From contig NW_021833040.1 in the NCBI RefSeq assembly GCF_006345805.1, forward strand, positions 1 through 64,000: DNA of 64,000 bases, written 5' to 3'. Shown piece by piece: positions 25,761-38,119 of this stretch. Each line of letters opens with the position of its first letter. Positions within the stretch are counted from its first letter, which is position 1. The notes beneath the pieces are model-generated. The model made no database searches and had not been told where the DNA came from. It worked only from the letters and a program-made list of their open reading frames with translations. The stretch comes from Octopus sinensis. Taxonomy: Eukaryota. A program made the position numbers and the translations under genes.

Positions 25761-26259
25761 AGCAGAGGCAGCGTGCGAAAGAGAGAAAGTTTTTAAAGCT
25801 GGAAGTGAGAAAGAAGGAAGGTGGAGGGGGACACGCGGCTAAGAGAGGGGGTTTCTTTCATCATATATGTATATGTGTGTGTGTGTGTATGTACATATTT
25901 CTATATGGGTGTGTGACAGAGAGAGAGATAGAGTGTTTTGTGTGTGTGAGTGAGAGAGAGAGAGTAAGTGTGTGTTCGTGTGTGTGTGTGTGTGTGTATG
26001 TGTGTGTGTGTGTGACAGTGGAAATTTTGCGTGGATGCGACTTTGTATCGGTGTTGTCAGCGTAGATTTACGGCCCAGACTTTGAGACTGCATTTTTGCC
26101 TTGTATTCCTTAGGAAAGAATGCAGAATTTCTACGAGTCCATATCTTGCAGAATCCAAGCTGTAATTGCTGTCAAAGTAGCTGCTATGCCATATTAGGAT
26201 AAAATTCTTTGAAATTTTAAAGTGTTTCCATTACTCTGTCGAATCCCTGTATATGTATT

Positions 26260-26295
<36 letters not shown>

Positions 26296-26318
26296 CACAC
26301 ATACATAGACACACACAC

Positions 26319-26397
<79 letters not shown>

Positions 26398-26398
<1 letters not shown>

Positions 26399-26673
26399 TT
26401 TTATTCTCATATTATTTTGCTTGTTTCAGTTGTTTGACTGCGGTCATGCTGGGACTCACGCTTTAATCGAAGAAAACCACCCCAAGACTTATTCTTTGTA
26501 AGCCTATTAATTATTCTATCGGTTTGTTTTGCCGAACCGCTACGTTACTGGAAGGTAAACATACCAACATCCTTTGTCAAGCGATGGCGGTGAGACAGGC
26601 ACACTAATACGCACACACACGTATAGCATATTTTAATTGCCTCGATGACTGAAGGTAACCGAATAATTGTTAC

Positions 26674-26716
<43 letters not shown>

Positions 26717-26879
26717 CACAGAATTCTTTCAGTTTCCGTCTACCAAATCCTTTCACAAGGCTTTGGCCTGTCCGAGGGTATAGTGGAAGACACTTGCGCA
26801 AGATGCCACGCGATGGGAGTGATCCCGGAAGCCTGTGCTTGAGAAACGTGCTTCTTACACACAGCCACTCATGAGCCTA
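26398..26879 (-). mobile_element. SINE family B, diverged
   Basis: Family match with an expanded (TA)n. Confidence 0.85.
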
Positions 26880-26934
26880 TACCGAACCACTCCAAAATAT
26901 ATGTGAACCGATGGGTGTGTGTGTGTTTGGGTGT

Positions 26935-27260
26935 ATCTATCTCTCTATCTCTCTATCCGCTTAGTCCAAGTCGACACTCGGTCACTCGTTGGATCAGTGT
27001 CCTCCAGTCAGTTCTATCCTGGGCCGCTTCTTTCAGATTGGCCATGTCCATTTTGGTATCACTCTTGATGGCGTCAAGCCAGCGGGTTCTTAGCCGGCCT
27101 CTTCCTCTCTTGCCACTGACCATTCCGAGCATGATGTCCTTCTCCAGGGATTTTCTCCGCATAATATGACCGAAATATGCCAATCTATGCTTGGTGCTCC
27201 TAGCTTCTAGCGACATTTTCGGCCTTATCTGCTTAAGAACTTCTCCATTGGGTGTATATA
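26935..27260 (-). mobile_element. RTE-clade (BovB-like) LINE 3' fragment, C-terminus of the ORF
   Basis: SLEARSTKHRLAYFGHIMRRKSLEKDIMLGMVSGKRGRGRLRTRWLD...AAQDRTDWR matches the RTE/BovB C-terminal signature (YFGH.MRR..SLEK..MLG...G.R.RGR...RW.D); short microsatellite tail. Confidence 0.9.
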
Positions 27261-27765
27261 GGTATAAAATATGAGGTTTTGAGAGCATGCAATGGAAAAG
27301 ACTACGACACAGGATGAAAATACAAGATAATAACGGTATCAATTTCGAAAGTGTATAGATAATAATGAAACGCTATCAAATAATAATAATAATAATAATA
27401 ATGCTAGAGATTATTTTAATTAGGTAAATACTCTATGATTGCGTGTCTTCTAAACCTCAGTGAATTTCAATACTGAATATACAGAAACTCTACCATTTTC
27501 TTACAGATAAGCGAAAGACAATGTAGGTAGTTTAATAATGAATCGCAAATAAAATATCGTTGATTTGCTTTTGGAATTTGGATGAAGAACGTTAGAAGAT
27601 ATCAAATGACAAAGTTAAACGGAGGACCACCATGTATCTAAGAGTGTCTGCTAAGCAACATTGGGAATTGTAAATAGGCGGCGAATTTATGGAATGATAA
27701 ATCCATTGTTTGTAATGATCTCCTCTGTTTATTCTGGTTTGTATGATTTTGGTCATATCTTATAT

Positions 27766-28330
27766 ATCACCGTCACCGTGTCCGACCAGACTATCAGATG
27801 TTGCTATACATCTATTTCTTTACTACACACAAGGGGCTAAACACAGAGAGGACAAACAAGGACAGACAAACGGATTTGGTCGATTATATATCGACCCCAG
27901 TGCGTAACTGGTACTTATTTAATCGACCCCGATTAAATAAGCAAAGTCGACCTCGACGGAATTTGAACTCAGAACGTAGCAGCAGACGAAATACTGCTAA
28001 GTATTTCGCCCGGCGTGCTAACGGTTCTGCCAGCTTGCCGCCTTTCTATACATCGTTGCTATACATCGTTGGTCACAATGTGCTTTGCATCGTTTTAGCC
28101 TTCAAATGACGCCACCTTGCTGGTTAAGCGAGCAGGCCAACAGAAGAAAGAGTGAGAGAAAGTTGCGGCGAAAGAATACATCAGGGACCGCCACCACCCC
28201 CTGCCGGAGCCTCGTGGGGCTTTAGGTGATTTCGCTCAATAAACACACACAACGCCCGGTCTGGGAATTGAAACCGCGATCCTTCGACCGCGAATCCGCT
28301 GCCCTAACCACTGGGCCATTGCGCCTCCAC
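27766..28330 (-). mobile_element. SINE family A2 (A head, alternative tail), interrupted by a family C SINE
   Basis: Head identical to A1; tail matches the 36236 copy. Confidence 0.9.
27813..28042 (-). mobile_element. SINE family C (C1) nested in the A2 tail
   Basis: Flanked by ctatacatc duplications. Confidence 0.92.
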
Positions 28331-28619
28331 ATCTCATATATATATATATGTATGTATGTATGTATGTGTGTGTGTACATACATATGTGTATGTATGCATA
28401 AAACAAATTAAGAAAGAAATGGAAACCGGAGTTGTAAGAGATACAGTGTATGGAAGATAAATTGACGGACGTAGTTCTTGATTAGGAGTTACTATATCGA
28501 TCGTACAGGGGTGAAAGTTTAATTTGACTTCAAAAGGAACTGAACTCAGTGGAAGAATATAATAAGTTAAGTAATTAATGGAATGTAAATAGCAGCCCAG
28601 ATATGGCAAACTACAATTT

Positions 28620-28850
28620 TTGCAGATCCACGCAATAATACAGACAACGAAAGTAGTGTTAACGGGTACGATGGCGATGAAGGAAATAATAATGACGACG
28701 ATGATGATGATGGTAATGATTATGGTGGTTGTGGTGGTGACGGCGATATTGATGTTGCTTGTAGTGGTAATGGTTTTGATTATTGGATTGGCAGCGGGAG
28801 GTATTTGTTACGAGGATGATGATGATGTTGATGGTGATGCCAATTATATC
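28620..28850. repeat. Degenerate GAT/GGT trinucleotide low-complexity block
   Basis: Direct inspection. Confidence 0.8.
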
Positions 28851-29220
28851 CAGGTACAGTTGTTGATCACCCGAAAAACATGATATCTTGTTGCCCTATT
28901 TTCCCCTTAAATGACGGATTGGTTATAGATGGAATAAGTAACACTGTTTCTTTGCTCGAATAGTCACGGACCTTGTATCACAAACACCAATATTCACAAT
29001 TAACAACTTATTATTTACATTTCACCTCATATCTTATTACTTGTTTCACAAACGTAGCTCAATAAAGATCGACACTTAATCCATCCATACATTAAACGGT
29101 AGGGTCTGATTCGAGAAACCTTTAGCTACTATATCTACTAGGGTGTGTGATCGAATACAGGCCTTCGAAATAGCTCCTTATCTGAGTGTGAGTACGTATA
29201 GACAGTTTCAAATAATCATT

Positions 29221-29590
29221 CCGTATGTGAATGCTAATTACAGATGTGAATGCTTGTTTCTATCTTGAATGCTTATTTTAGATACGTATGAACATAACTG
29301 AAGATTTGAATTAGTGTAGAAGATGCGAATGCTTAGTAAAGACTTAAATGGCTATTACAGACGTGAAGGGATATTACAGATGTGAATGCCTATTACGGAT
29401 GTGAATATCCGTTGCAAATGTGAATGCATATTGCGTTAGTGAATTTGTGTTGCAGATATGAATCCCTATTTCAGACGTGAATACCTATCGAAGATATCAA
29501 TAGCTGTTTCTGATGTGGATGGATATTGCAGATATGAATGGCTATTAGAGACATCAATATCTATTGCAAGTGTAAATATCGATTACCGAC
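29221..29590. repeat. Degenerate 19-bp tandem repeat, ~19 units (consensus ~ACAGATGTGAATGCCTATT)
   Basis: acagatgtgaatgcctatt|acggatgtgaatatccgtt|gcaaatgtgaatgcatatt|...|gcagatatgaatggctatt. Confidence 0.88.
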
Positions 29591-30111
29591 ATCTAAGAAA
29601 TACGCCGCCATGAGAACATTCAAGAGTTAATATATGTGAAATAGATTTCGTCCGAAGCTATTCACAAAATTATATTGTTTAAATCATTATTGTAGTAAAC
29701 TGGGTCAAAAGAGCGAGTAATTAAATATTGAGTAAATATTTCAATAAAAATATCATATGAATAAAAACTGTTAAGCGAAATTACCTCAATCAAATTGTAA
29801 AGAGCTATTTAAAATATCTTGTATTACTATATTCAAGATGTACATTAGTTACTGAGTGTGTTTGCACGAGCGAGGTTGTGTATGTGACTAACAGATTGAT
29901 CTTGGCTATAAATGTCTGTGTGCACGGAGGAATTACTACCTATGTATATGTAGATGTGGACGTTCGCTGGGGTAAGGCAGTGCTTTTTGCGTATTGAGAT
30001 TGCTTCAGCGTTATTAATTACGTCTAATTAATTCTTTACAATCATTGTAGAAATATCGTTTCCTGTATGCGAGAGAATAAATTAAAGGACACAATTTTGT
30101 TGCACATAGAT

Positions 30112-30143
30112 GTAAATACACACACACACACACACACATACAT

Positions 30144-30180
<37 letters not shown>

Positions 30181-30686
30181 CATACTTATAAGTTTATGGA
30201 TATATACTTACACATTTACATACAAATAAATGTAGAGATATACTTTTACATATATACATATGTATATATATACACACAGACATACATATATATATATATA
30301 TATATACAGGAGAGAGAGAGCGAGAGAGAGAGAAAGAAATATATGGCTTTGTCTACATTATATATACTTGCACAATAAATATTACATATGTGTATAGAAT
30401 ATACATAAATGCATATATATATATATATATATACATCTAGGACAAATACATACTGAAAAATATACATCCATATTAATATTAATATGGTTGTGTGTGAGCA
30501 CATCTATATAGGTAAAATATATACGTATATCAATGAGCGTAATGCTTATACATAAGCTATGTATATAGGCATACACACACACACACACACACACATGCGC
30601 ACAAATACATACACACATACACACCCAAAATAGACACACATACACACGAGTATATATCCTCACATTCATATATATATATATAATAT

Positions 30687-30736
<50 letters not shown>

Positions 30737-30750
30737 TATATATGTACATG
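30112..30750. repeat. Compound TA/CA/GA microsatellite region
   Basis: Direct inspection. Confidence 0.88.
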
Positions 30751-31924
30751 ATCTTGTTTTTCTGTTCCTGAATGGCACCATATGTAATATTCAAAGCAAT
30801 CTATATTTAAAAGTATTCCTTCAATTAATTTAATAAGCCGAATTTTACTTTCTGAATGAAGATATTTATTCTATTCTAAATTTAAATGTGCTGTAACCCA
30901 GGACAATGGCTTTGCAAACAATACTATTTTAAGATTTCTTTCCAAAATGAATTATGTAAAAGATAGTTCCATGCAGGAGCACCTTCCTTTAGATTTCCAT
31001 TCTACTCTGCTTATGTTCTTCGCAAATCATTTGTTAGAAATAATAGCAATATCTTCACTAAAATCTACATTTCTTTACATATTAAGTTCCGATTTTCAAT
31101 GCTATCGAGATCATTGACTTCTTATTCACAACATCACTTTGTTGTCAAGCGCGGTGGTAAGTACACTCCATTATTTTATCGAACAAAATGTGCGAAACTT
31201 TCTTATTTTTGAACTTGTTAGTTGTAAATGTGTTGTGTGGACGCCCCCAGACGATGAATTAGACTAGCCCAATACGTAGATGTAGAGGGAGAAGTCTAGA
31301 CGTCGTCAGAAAACAGTTAAGTAGCGGTGAGAGCACCACAGAGTAGAGAAATAGAATATAGTTGAGTAGAGGTCATCCGAACGTGCGACATAACAAAATG
31401 TGAAGTTTAGAACGAGAGTCAAATACGGAGGCATTTTTATTTCATTCCATTGTGTTCTTCGTTCAGACACCGGTAAATTCAAACTTTTATTTTCTCTATC
31501 CAGAATCGATAATTTGAATATCAATTAAGCACCTAGGATGAAATTATTCACCAAATCATGCATCCTAAAATTTCTGTCGTTTTTTCTGTTAGAAACTTAT
31601 GATAATTATTATTTAATGTAGGGCAGTATTTACTGTTTGTGACTATGCCTTCAAACAAAATCATGTTGAGTTATAACTAATGGACACCTCGTTGTGATTA
31701 TCCAATAAGTATTTTATTATGACTCAACATTGCATTAAAGTATAGATGCACAATACCTAATAGAAGTCTAGAATTTTCATATTTCTAAGATTCATGATAG
31801 TTTCTCTCACTCAGGAGAAACCGAGGGCTAAATAATAACAAATTCACCAAGTATAAATTCTCCACTTTCATTTTCTGCTTTCAGAGGAATAAGAGGAGCA
31901 GCAGCACACACGAAGATTGAAAGC

Positions 31925-31967
31925 GTCCCTGAAGAGGTCACAGATGGGTGACGAAATATTTACGGAC
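31925..31967 (+). ncRNA. Hammerhead-like motif with intact CUGAAGA core and an imperfect cleavage junction
   Basis: GTCC-CTGAAGA-G-GTCAC-agatgg-GTGAC-GAAA-TATTTAC-GGAC. Confidence 0.4.
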
Positions 31968-32571
31968 AAAGGACGAGTTAGAATAAGAACAGTAATAATT
32001 TAGTGAAGAACGAATATATAGTGCGTGTGTCTATTTGACAAAAATAAAATATCACGAAATACAACAATATCTGTTTTAACATACGGTTTCACACCAGGAG
32101 TCTTACAACACAAATTCATGACCATAATTTACTCATATTGTTTATGATATACGCGTACATCCACCGGTTCTCATGGCAAAGATACGGTCATTAGACTGTA
32201 CTAAGCCTTGAACAGCACTGTTTATCAGCCTCATAAATATGAAAGATAAATATATTCAATTAGATTTTAATTCAGCCTATAAAATGGTACTTCAGTGCTA
32301 CCTGTGTGAGTGTTATCCTCAAAATTGTATCAAATATGAATCATTTTACGTTATGCACAATCGTTACTGCTATAGGTCCAAGGAAAAAATTGCAGATAGA
32401 TGAAGCGGGATTGGTCGATTAACCAAACGACGTCGAACGGATGAAAGTGGAAAATTGATATCAACGGAAACAGAGCTCAAAGCTTCAGGAACTGAGAGAA
32501 ATATCGCTTGAGCCTTTTGTGTCCCTACTAACGATTCTGATATCTCGGTATCTCATGAAGTTAAAATACAA

Positions 32572-32948
32572 AACAAGAGCCCTCAAGAAGCGCAAACCTC
32601 CGCCAAGGCAACACCAACGTCCTCTCAGCGAGTAACCAGAGATGATTTTTAAAATGAAAATATCTGAAATAACCTCGACTTCTCTCACAAACGAGAATAC
32701 GGAAAACGAACCCGACTGCTCGATAAAATTGAGTAAAAAAAAAAAAAGAAAAAGGTAAATAATCTAGAATCCTTGTCCGGTACCAGATCGATCCCAAAAT
32801 CTAATTCATTCGTACTAGTCACGAGGCCAACCGTCCCTGAAACTTTCATTTGTATCCATCCAATGGTCCTTGAGACATTTTTCCACGGAAAAACAAACAA
32901 ACACCTTTGGAAGCAATACCTCCGCCTTCGCTAATCCAGAGGTGATAA
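32572..32948 (-). mobile_element. Helentron-associated non-autonomous element (HINE/DINE-1-like)
   Basis: Minus strand: 5' ttatcacctc...ggcggaggt subTIR/IR, (TGTT)n core, 3' ttggcggaggt plus short hairpin gcgcttcttgagggc, TT flanks. Confidence 0.75.
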
Positions 32949-33001
32949 CAATTAGACACAGGCCTACCCGATAAGCTATTCTTCTTCTTATTATTATTAT
33001 T

Positions 33002-33310
33002 CGAGCTGGCAGCATCGTTGGCATACTGGACAGTATGCTTAGTGGCATTTCACCTGTCGCTACCTTCTAAGTTCAAATTCCACCGAGGTCGACTTTGCCT
33101 TTTAACATTTCGGGCAGAATCGTTTGCACGCTACACGAAATGCTTTACGATATTATGATCATCGTTCCGTTCAAATTCTGGCGAGGTCGACATTGCCATT
33201 TATCCTTTCTGGGTCGATGGAAGAAGTACCACTTGAGTACTGGGGTGGATATAATCGACTATCCTTCTCACCAAAATAATTTCAAGCCTTGTTCCTATAG
33301 TAGAAAAAGT
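33002..33310 (+). mobile_element. SINE family C (C2 tail), two degraded partial units
   Basis: cgagctggcagcatcgttggc... and caaattctggcgaggtcgac...ccttgttcctatagtagaaaa. Confidence 0.75.
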
Positions 33311-34161
33311 TAATATTTTGTCAGGTAGAGAGTATGAAATACGCTCTAATACAAACATGTATTACAAAAATATGTGGAAAAAATTCATCTAAGCAATCCA
33401 GTTATCGAACCATTCGCCACCTATTTGACTTATCAGATACTGCAGGGAACGTTCCTAAATTGACGTATTACAATATATATATATATATATATATAAGGGG
33501 CGTTTATATATATATTAGTACTTGATTGAATATGTTTGAAGAATGTCAGGAAGAGTGCAACGGCGTTGCATGGGTTTTAGCTGCATCGTGTGTTTGGCAT
33601 ATTTGGCACTCATTTCCTTTATGATAACATATCGTCAACTCGAGATAGAATACGTAAATAATGTGTTCGCCCCCATATCCTCGCAAACTACGCACCAATG
33701 GGAGAAAGGGTTTAATGTTTAAGAGGATTCATCGGCTAACTCAAGCCACGATATCTCACGTTGCAACACATAGCATTGCAGAAACTACGTTATTCTTAAC
33801 ATGAGAAACTCTACAACTCCATGTTTAATGTAATGAAATAGCAGCATCAGAACAATGGACCAATAGATAACAACTTTTTTCCCACCCTGTGAACATCTGA
33901 ATCCGAAGGAAAGCGCAGACAATACACTTTCATCCTTGACTAAGCGATAAAAAATATATGTACTGGAATATTCATAGATTAAATCTAAAGTTGACCTGTG
34001 TAGCTTTTAAAATCAAACCTACAAAAGGATAAATAATATTGAAAATCCGTTCTGTCTCTTCTCCACAGTTCCAAGTAGCACTCTGTTCCACGAAAAGCAA
34101 GGATCTTTGCACAATTACATGTACAGCTAACTTTATATACTGTACTTGTAAACTGCACTAC

Positions 34162-34396
34162 CTATTTCTTTATTACCCACAAAGGGCTAAACATAGAGGG
34201 GACAAACATGGACATACATAGGTATTAAGTCGATTATATCGATCCCAGTGCTTAACTGGTACTTAATTTATCGACCCCGAAAGGATGAAAGGCAAAGTCG
34301 ATCTCGGCGGAATTTGAACTCACAACGTAACGGCAGCCGAAATACCACTAAGCATTTCGCCCGACGTACTAATGATTCTGCCAGCTCGCCGCCTTT
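34162..34396 (-). mobile_element. SINE family C (C1), 13-bp TSD
   Basis: taaactgcactac at 34149-34161 and 34397-34409. Confidence 0.95.
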
Positions 34397-34873
34397 TAAA
34401 CTGCACTACGCCCTCTCCACTGTAATCGTATTCACTGAACTTATTTCTCCGACCTCCCAATGTTTGTCACGCCTCAATATATCATCGACATTGCATAAAA
34501 CAGTTTGTTGTAATAAAAACAAATGAGTATAATTCAATCTGATTGCTAAAAAATACAAGATAGTCAGAATAAACCTACATAAAATTACATTTTATTAGTG
34601 ACCCAAGATTTTACAGTAGCAGCACGTAATAAAAAATACAGCGGTCGAGTTGAACGGCAGTGCGCTAAAGGTTAAAGATCCAGTGAGATATCTTCAGAAG
34701 AATAGCCAATATATTATATCGGCGCCAAAATTCCCGGTATTCTTTCAACCGTTATTATAGCAAAACCAAATATAAGTTAACGTAGGCATTCGTAAATATA
34801 TATACATATATTTATTTATATATATGTATACATACATACATGTATGCATATATCTATACATGTATATATTTAT

Positions 34874-34905
<32 letters not shown>

Positions 34906-35550
34906 TCATCAAATATATACCTATAAATACACGCTTATATATATATATATATACGTGTATATATTTATATATATATAGGGAAGGAGGGAGAGATAGATAA
35001 AGAGATAGATGGAGAGATAGATAGATGGAGAGATAGATAGATAGACACACAAATATTGATAGATAGGTGTATGCAATGAATGACATTTTTTGTCGTTCCT
35101 TCAAAATAAAAAGAAAGAATATGTAAAATGGTAAGGAATTCAGTATTTTGGTGTTTACAGATCTGTTAATATTGAATTACAAATGGAAAGGCAAGAAACA
35201 GGGAAAAAAATGAACGAAGACAGTTTCAGTGAAAAAAAGTTGATATTTAGTTCAATCTATTGAACATGCCTTTATTCGTCTTCATATTATTTCTTTCGCT
35301 TATTCTGAGAATGGTATTGGCTAAGGAGGAAATTTTTCGAATTTATTACCCTTGCAGGAACTGAAAATATTCACATATTTATGCCAAATTTACCATAAAA
35401 TTCTTCGTTATGTATGATTCTAGTGGCAATATTGTTCCAAGTTACTGGTCCTTTCAATATGTAGGGATTTTATATATTTAATATTTCGTGAGTCTGCGCT
35501 ACGCGTGCACACAAACACACACACATACATACATACATATATATATATAA

Positions 35551-35781
35551 GGCGGCGAGCTGCCAGAAACGTTAGCACGCCGGGCGAAATGCGTAGCCGT
35601 ATTTCGTCAGTCGTTACGTTGTGAGTTCAAATTCCGCCGAGGTCGACTTTGCCTTTCATCCCTTCGGGGTCGCTAAATAAAGTACCAGTTACGCACTGGG
35701 GTCGATGTAATCGACTTAATCCCTTTGTCTGTCCGTGTTTGTCCCCTCTATGTTTAGCCCCTTGTGGGCAATAAAGAAATA
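35551..35781 (+). mobile_element. SINE family C (C1), full length
   Basis: ggcggcgagctgccagaaacgttagcacgccgggcg...ccccttgtgggcaataaagaaata. Confidence 0.95.
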
Positions 35782-36105
35782 TATATATACACACACACAA
35801 GTGAGTGGTAAAGCTTAAATCGTTTCCTTACGTTTATATAACTCCAGGTCTATACATAATTAAATGGAGGCTTCTTAAACAAACGGGAGTATTTCTTCCA
35901 TCAGAGGAGAGGTTATGCGCATTTGGCCATATGAGGTTTCCAGTGATTTATACTTCCAAGCGCTTTATACGTACCAGACCAATGGTCGCTCTATGACGCC
36001 GATAATATTTAACTTCGGAAAAATGAAACTTAAAAACATATACTACTGTTCTAATTCTTCATCGTGTGTGGTTTTTCGAATATATGAACTATATATATAT
36101 AAATA

Positions 36106-36140
<35 letters not shown>

Positions 36141-36204
36141 GAAGATTTAGAGAAATACGTATAATTAAATTAGGATGTTTTAATGTTGAGTATTAATTAA
36201 TGCC

Positions 36205-36235
<31 letters not shown>

Positions 36236-36237
<2 letters not shown>

Positions 36238-36527
36238 GAGGCGCAATGGCCTAGTAGTTAGGGCAGTGGACTCACGGTTGTAGGATCACCGTTTCGATTC
36301 CCAGATCGAGCGTTGTGAGTATTTATTCAGCGAAAACACATGAGGCTCCACAGGGGTGGGTGGCGATCCCTGCTGTACTCTTTCGCCACAACATTCTCTC
36401 ACTCTTTCTTCTGTCTGCCTGCTCGCTTAGCCAGCGGGGTGGCGTCATTTGAAGGCTAAAACAATGCGAAGCGCATTGTGAACAGCGATGTGCAGCAGCA
36501 TCTGATAGCCTTGTCGGTCACGGTGAT
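36236..36527 (+). mobile_element. SINE family A2, full length
   Basis: A-type tRNA head plus tail gcctgctcgcttagccagcggggtggcgtcatttgaaggc...cacggtgat. Confidence 0.9.
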
Positions 36528-36531
36528 TATA

Positions 36532-36573
<42 letters not shown>

Positions 36574-36750
36574 AAATACACGAGCAGACACGCAAACACA
36601 CGCACAATAACACACATACACACTAATTTATTCCATAGCATACTTTTTGACCTTGTTGAATGATGATAAAAAATACATCAGAAACAAAAGTGAAGATAAT
36701 TAGTAAAGGTTGTGTATGTCTAGCATAAACTTATTTAGCTTATATAACTA

Positions 36751-37145
36751 CTAGCAGTATCGCCCGTCGTTGCTCGGGTTTGTAAGGGAAATAACTATAT
36801 AAGCATTTTTAGACTGTTATAGCCAAAAATAGCAAAAAAATGCATTAAAAATGGATAAAAATGATGGTAAATGTTTTTTTTAATCGTTGACTCATCGTAG
36901 ACATTTTAGAGAGTTACTTCCCTTATATAATAGCGAAAAAATGCATTAAAATGGTAAAAAATTATGGTGATTTTTAAAAAGAATCGTAGACTCATCGTAG
37001 ACGCACGCTAATACCCAGAAGGGCTCGATATGAATCACGACTATAAGATATCCGGTTTTGGTTAAACTGCACCGCAAAATGTGGGAGTAGTTAGGAATCT
37101 AAATCGTAGGAGACAGACACACAACTTGAGTTTTATATATAAAGA
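36751..37145 (-). mobile_element. Non-autonomous Helitron related to the 16072 copy
   Basis: Minus strand A|TC start, cccgagcaacgacggg hairpin, CTAG|T end; internal tandem duplication. Confidence 0.85.
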
Positions 37146-37579
37146 TGTGTTCAGCATTGAACAGAAAGATTTAAACAAAAGAAAACCAGACGCAAACACT
37201 ATTGCCAGTGTCTTTATTGCTGTTTATATATTTGCAACAAATTTCCAATTCGTGATAACCTAAAATAAAATTCTTTATGCGTGAATTAATGTAAAGTGAA
37301 GAGGAGAAATGTTACTGTGAATGAGTGAAATAAATATATGCTTTGTCTGCTATAGCAAAGGCCAATTACGATAGATGTTACAATACTTAAGGGTGAATTA
37401 TAAAATGGTGCTTGTAGGATACACTAACATTTCAGGTGTAATGACATGTTTCTGTAAATATTTCCTTTCGATTTCAATAATACCTTCTATCATAATGGAT
37501 TCTAACATTCGAATTATTTCCTACTGCAAAATCAAAGAATATCATACAGCAACTTACCTGTTTGTTTTTGATTATGTAA

Positions 37580-37895
37580 CGAATGCGTTTGTAAAGGGTA
37601 TTCGGTGATTGCACGTAGAATGTTCTCCCTTCGAGGTAGAAGTCCGGGGAAATGTCTTTATGGAAGACCGGCAGTCGACCATGAATACCAGCCTTCCTCT
37701 CTCTACGGCATCGATGTTATCCAAGGATAAGAGAAAGGCAGATACATCGGGGTACCAGTGACGTCGCAACTCATTTACTACCGCTGAGGGAACTGCAGCA
37801 ACGTGAAATAAAGTGACTCGCTCAAGAACACAGCACGCGGCCCGGTCCGAAAAACAAGCACACTATCTCAGGATTATGAGTCTGACACATGCACC
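37580..37895 (-). mobile_element. CORE-type SINE (family D variant, different tail), degraded
   Basis: Minus strand gctgtgttcttgagcgagtcactttatttcacgttgctgcag...aaatgagtt. Confidence 0.7.
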
Positions 37896-37904
37896 TTCAT
37901 ATAA

Positions 37905-38119
37905 TAATGATAATCCTTTCTACTAAAAGTACAAGGCCTGATATTTTGAAGGAGAGAATAGGTCGATTACAGCGATCCTAGCGTCCAGCTAGTAACTATT
38001 TTGTCTACCTCCAATAATGAATAAAAGTCAAAGTCAGCCTCGGTAGAGATTGAACTCAGAGCGTAAAGGTGGGCTATTTGCTAAGCATTTTGTCCGGCTT
38101 CCTAACGATTCTGCCAGTT
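37905..38119 (-). mobile_element. SINE family C (C2), degraded
   Basis: Family match. Confidence 0.75.

Noticed and set aside
29221-29590. CRISPR-like array
   Set aside because: The context is eukaryotic, units are contiguous with no unique spacers, and there are no cas genes.
31467-31472. 6-nt micro-exon (ttcag|ACACCG|gtaaat)
   Set aside because: Too short to distinguish from chance without reads.
32376-32754. Apparent decayed coding exon (S/T/K/Q-rich, AG...GT bounded)
   Set aside because: It has five stops, and half of it is the reverse strand of a HINE element.
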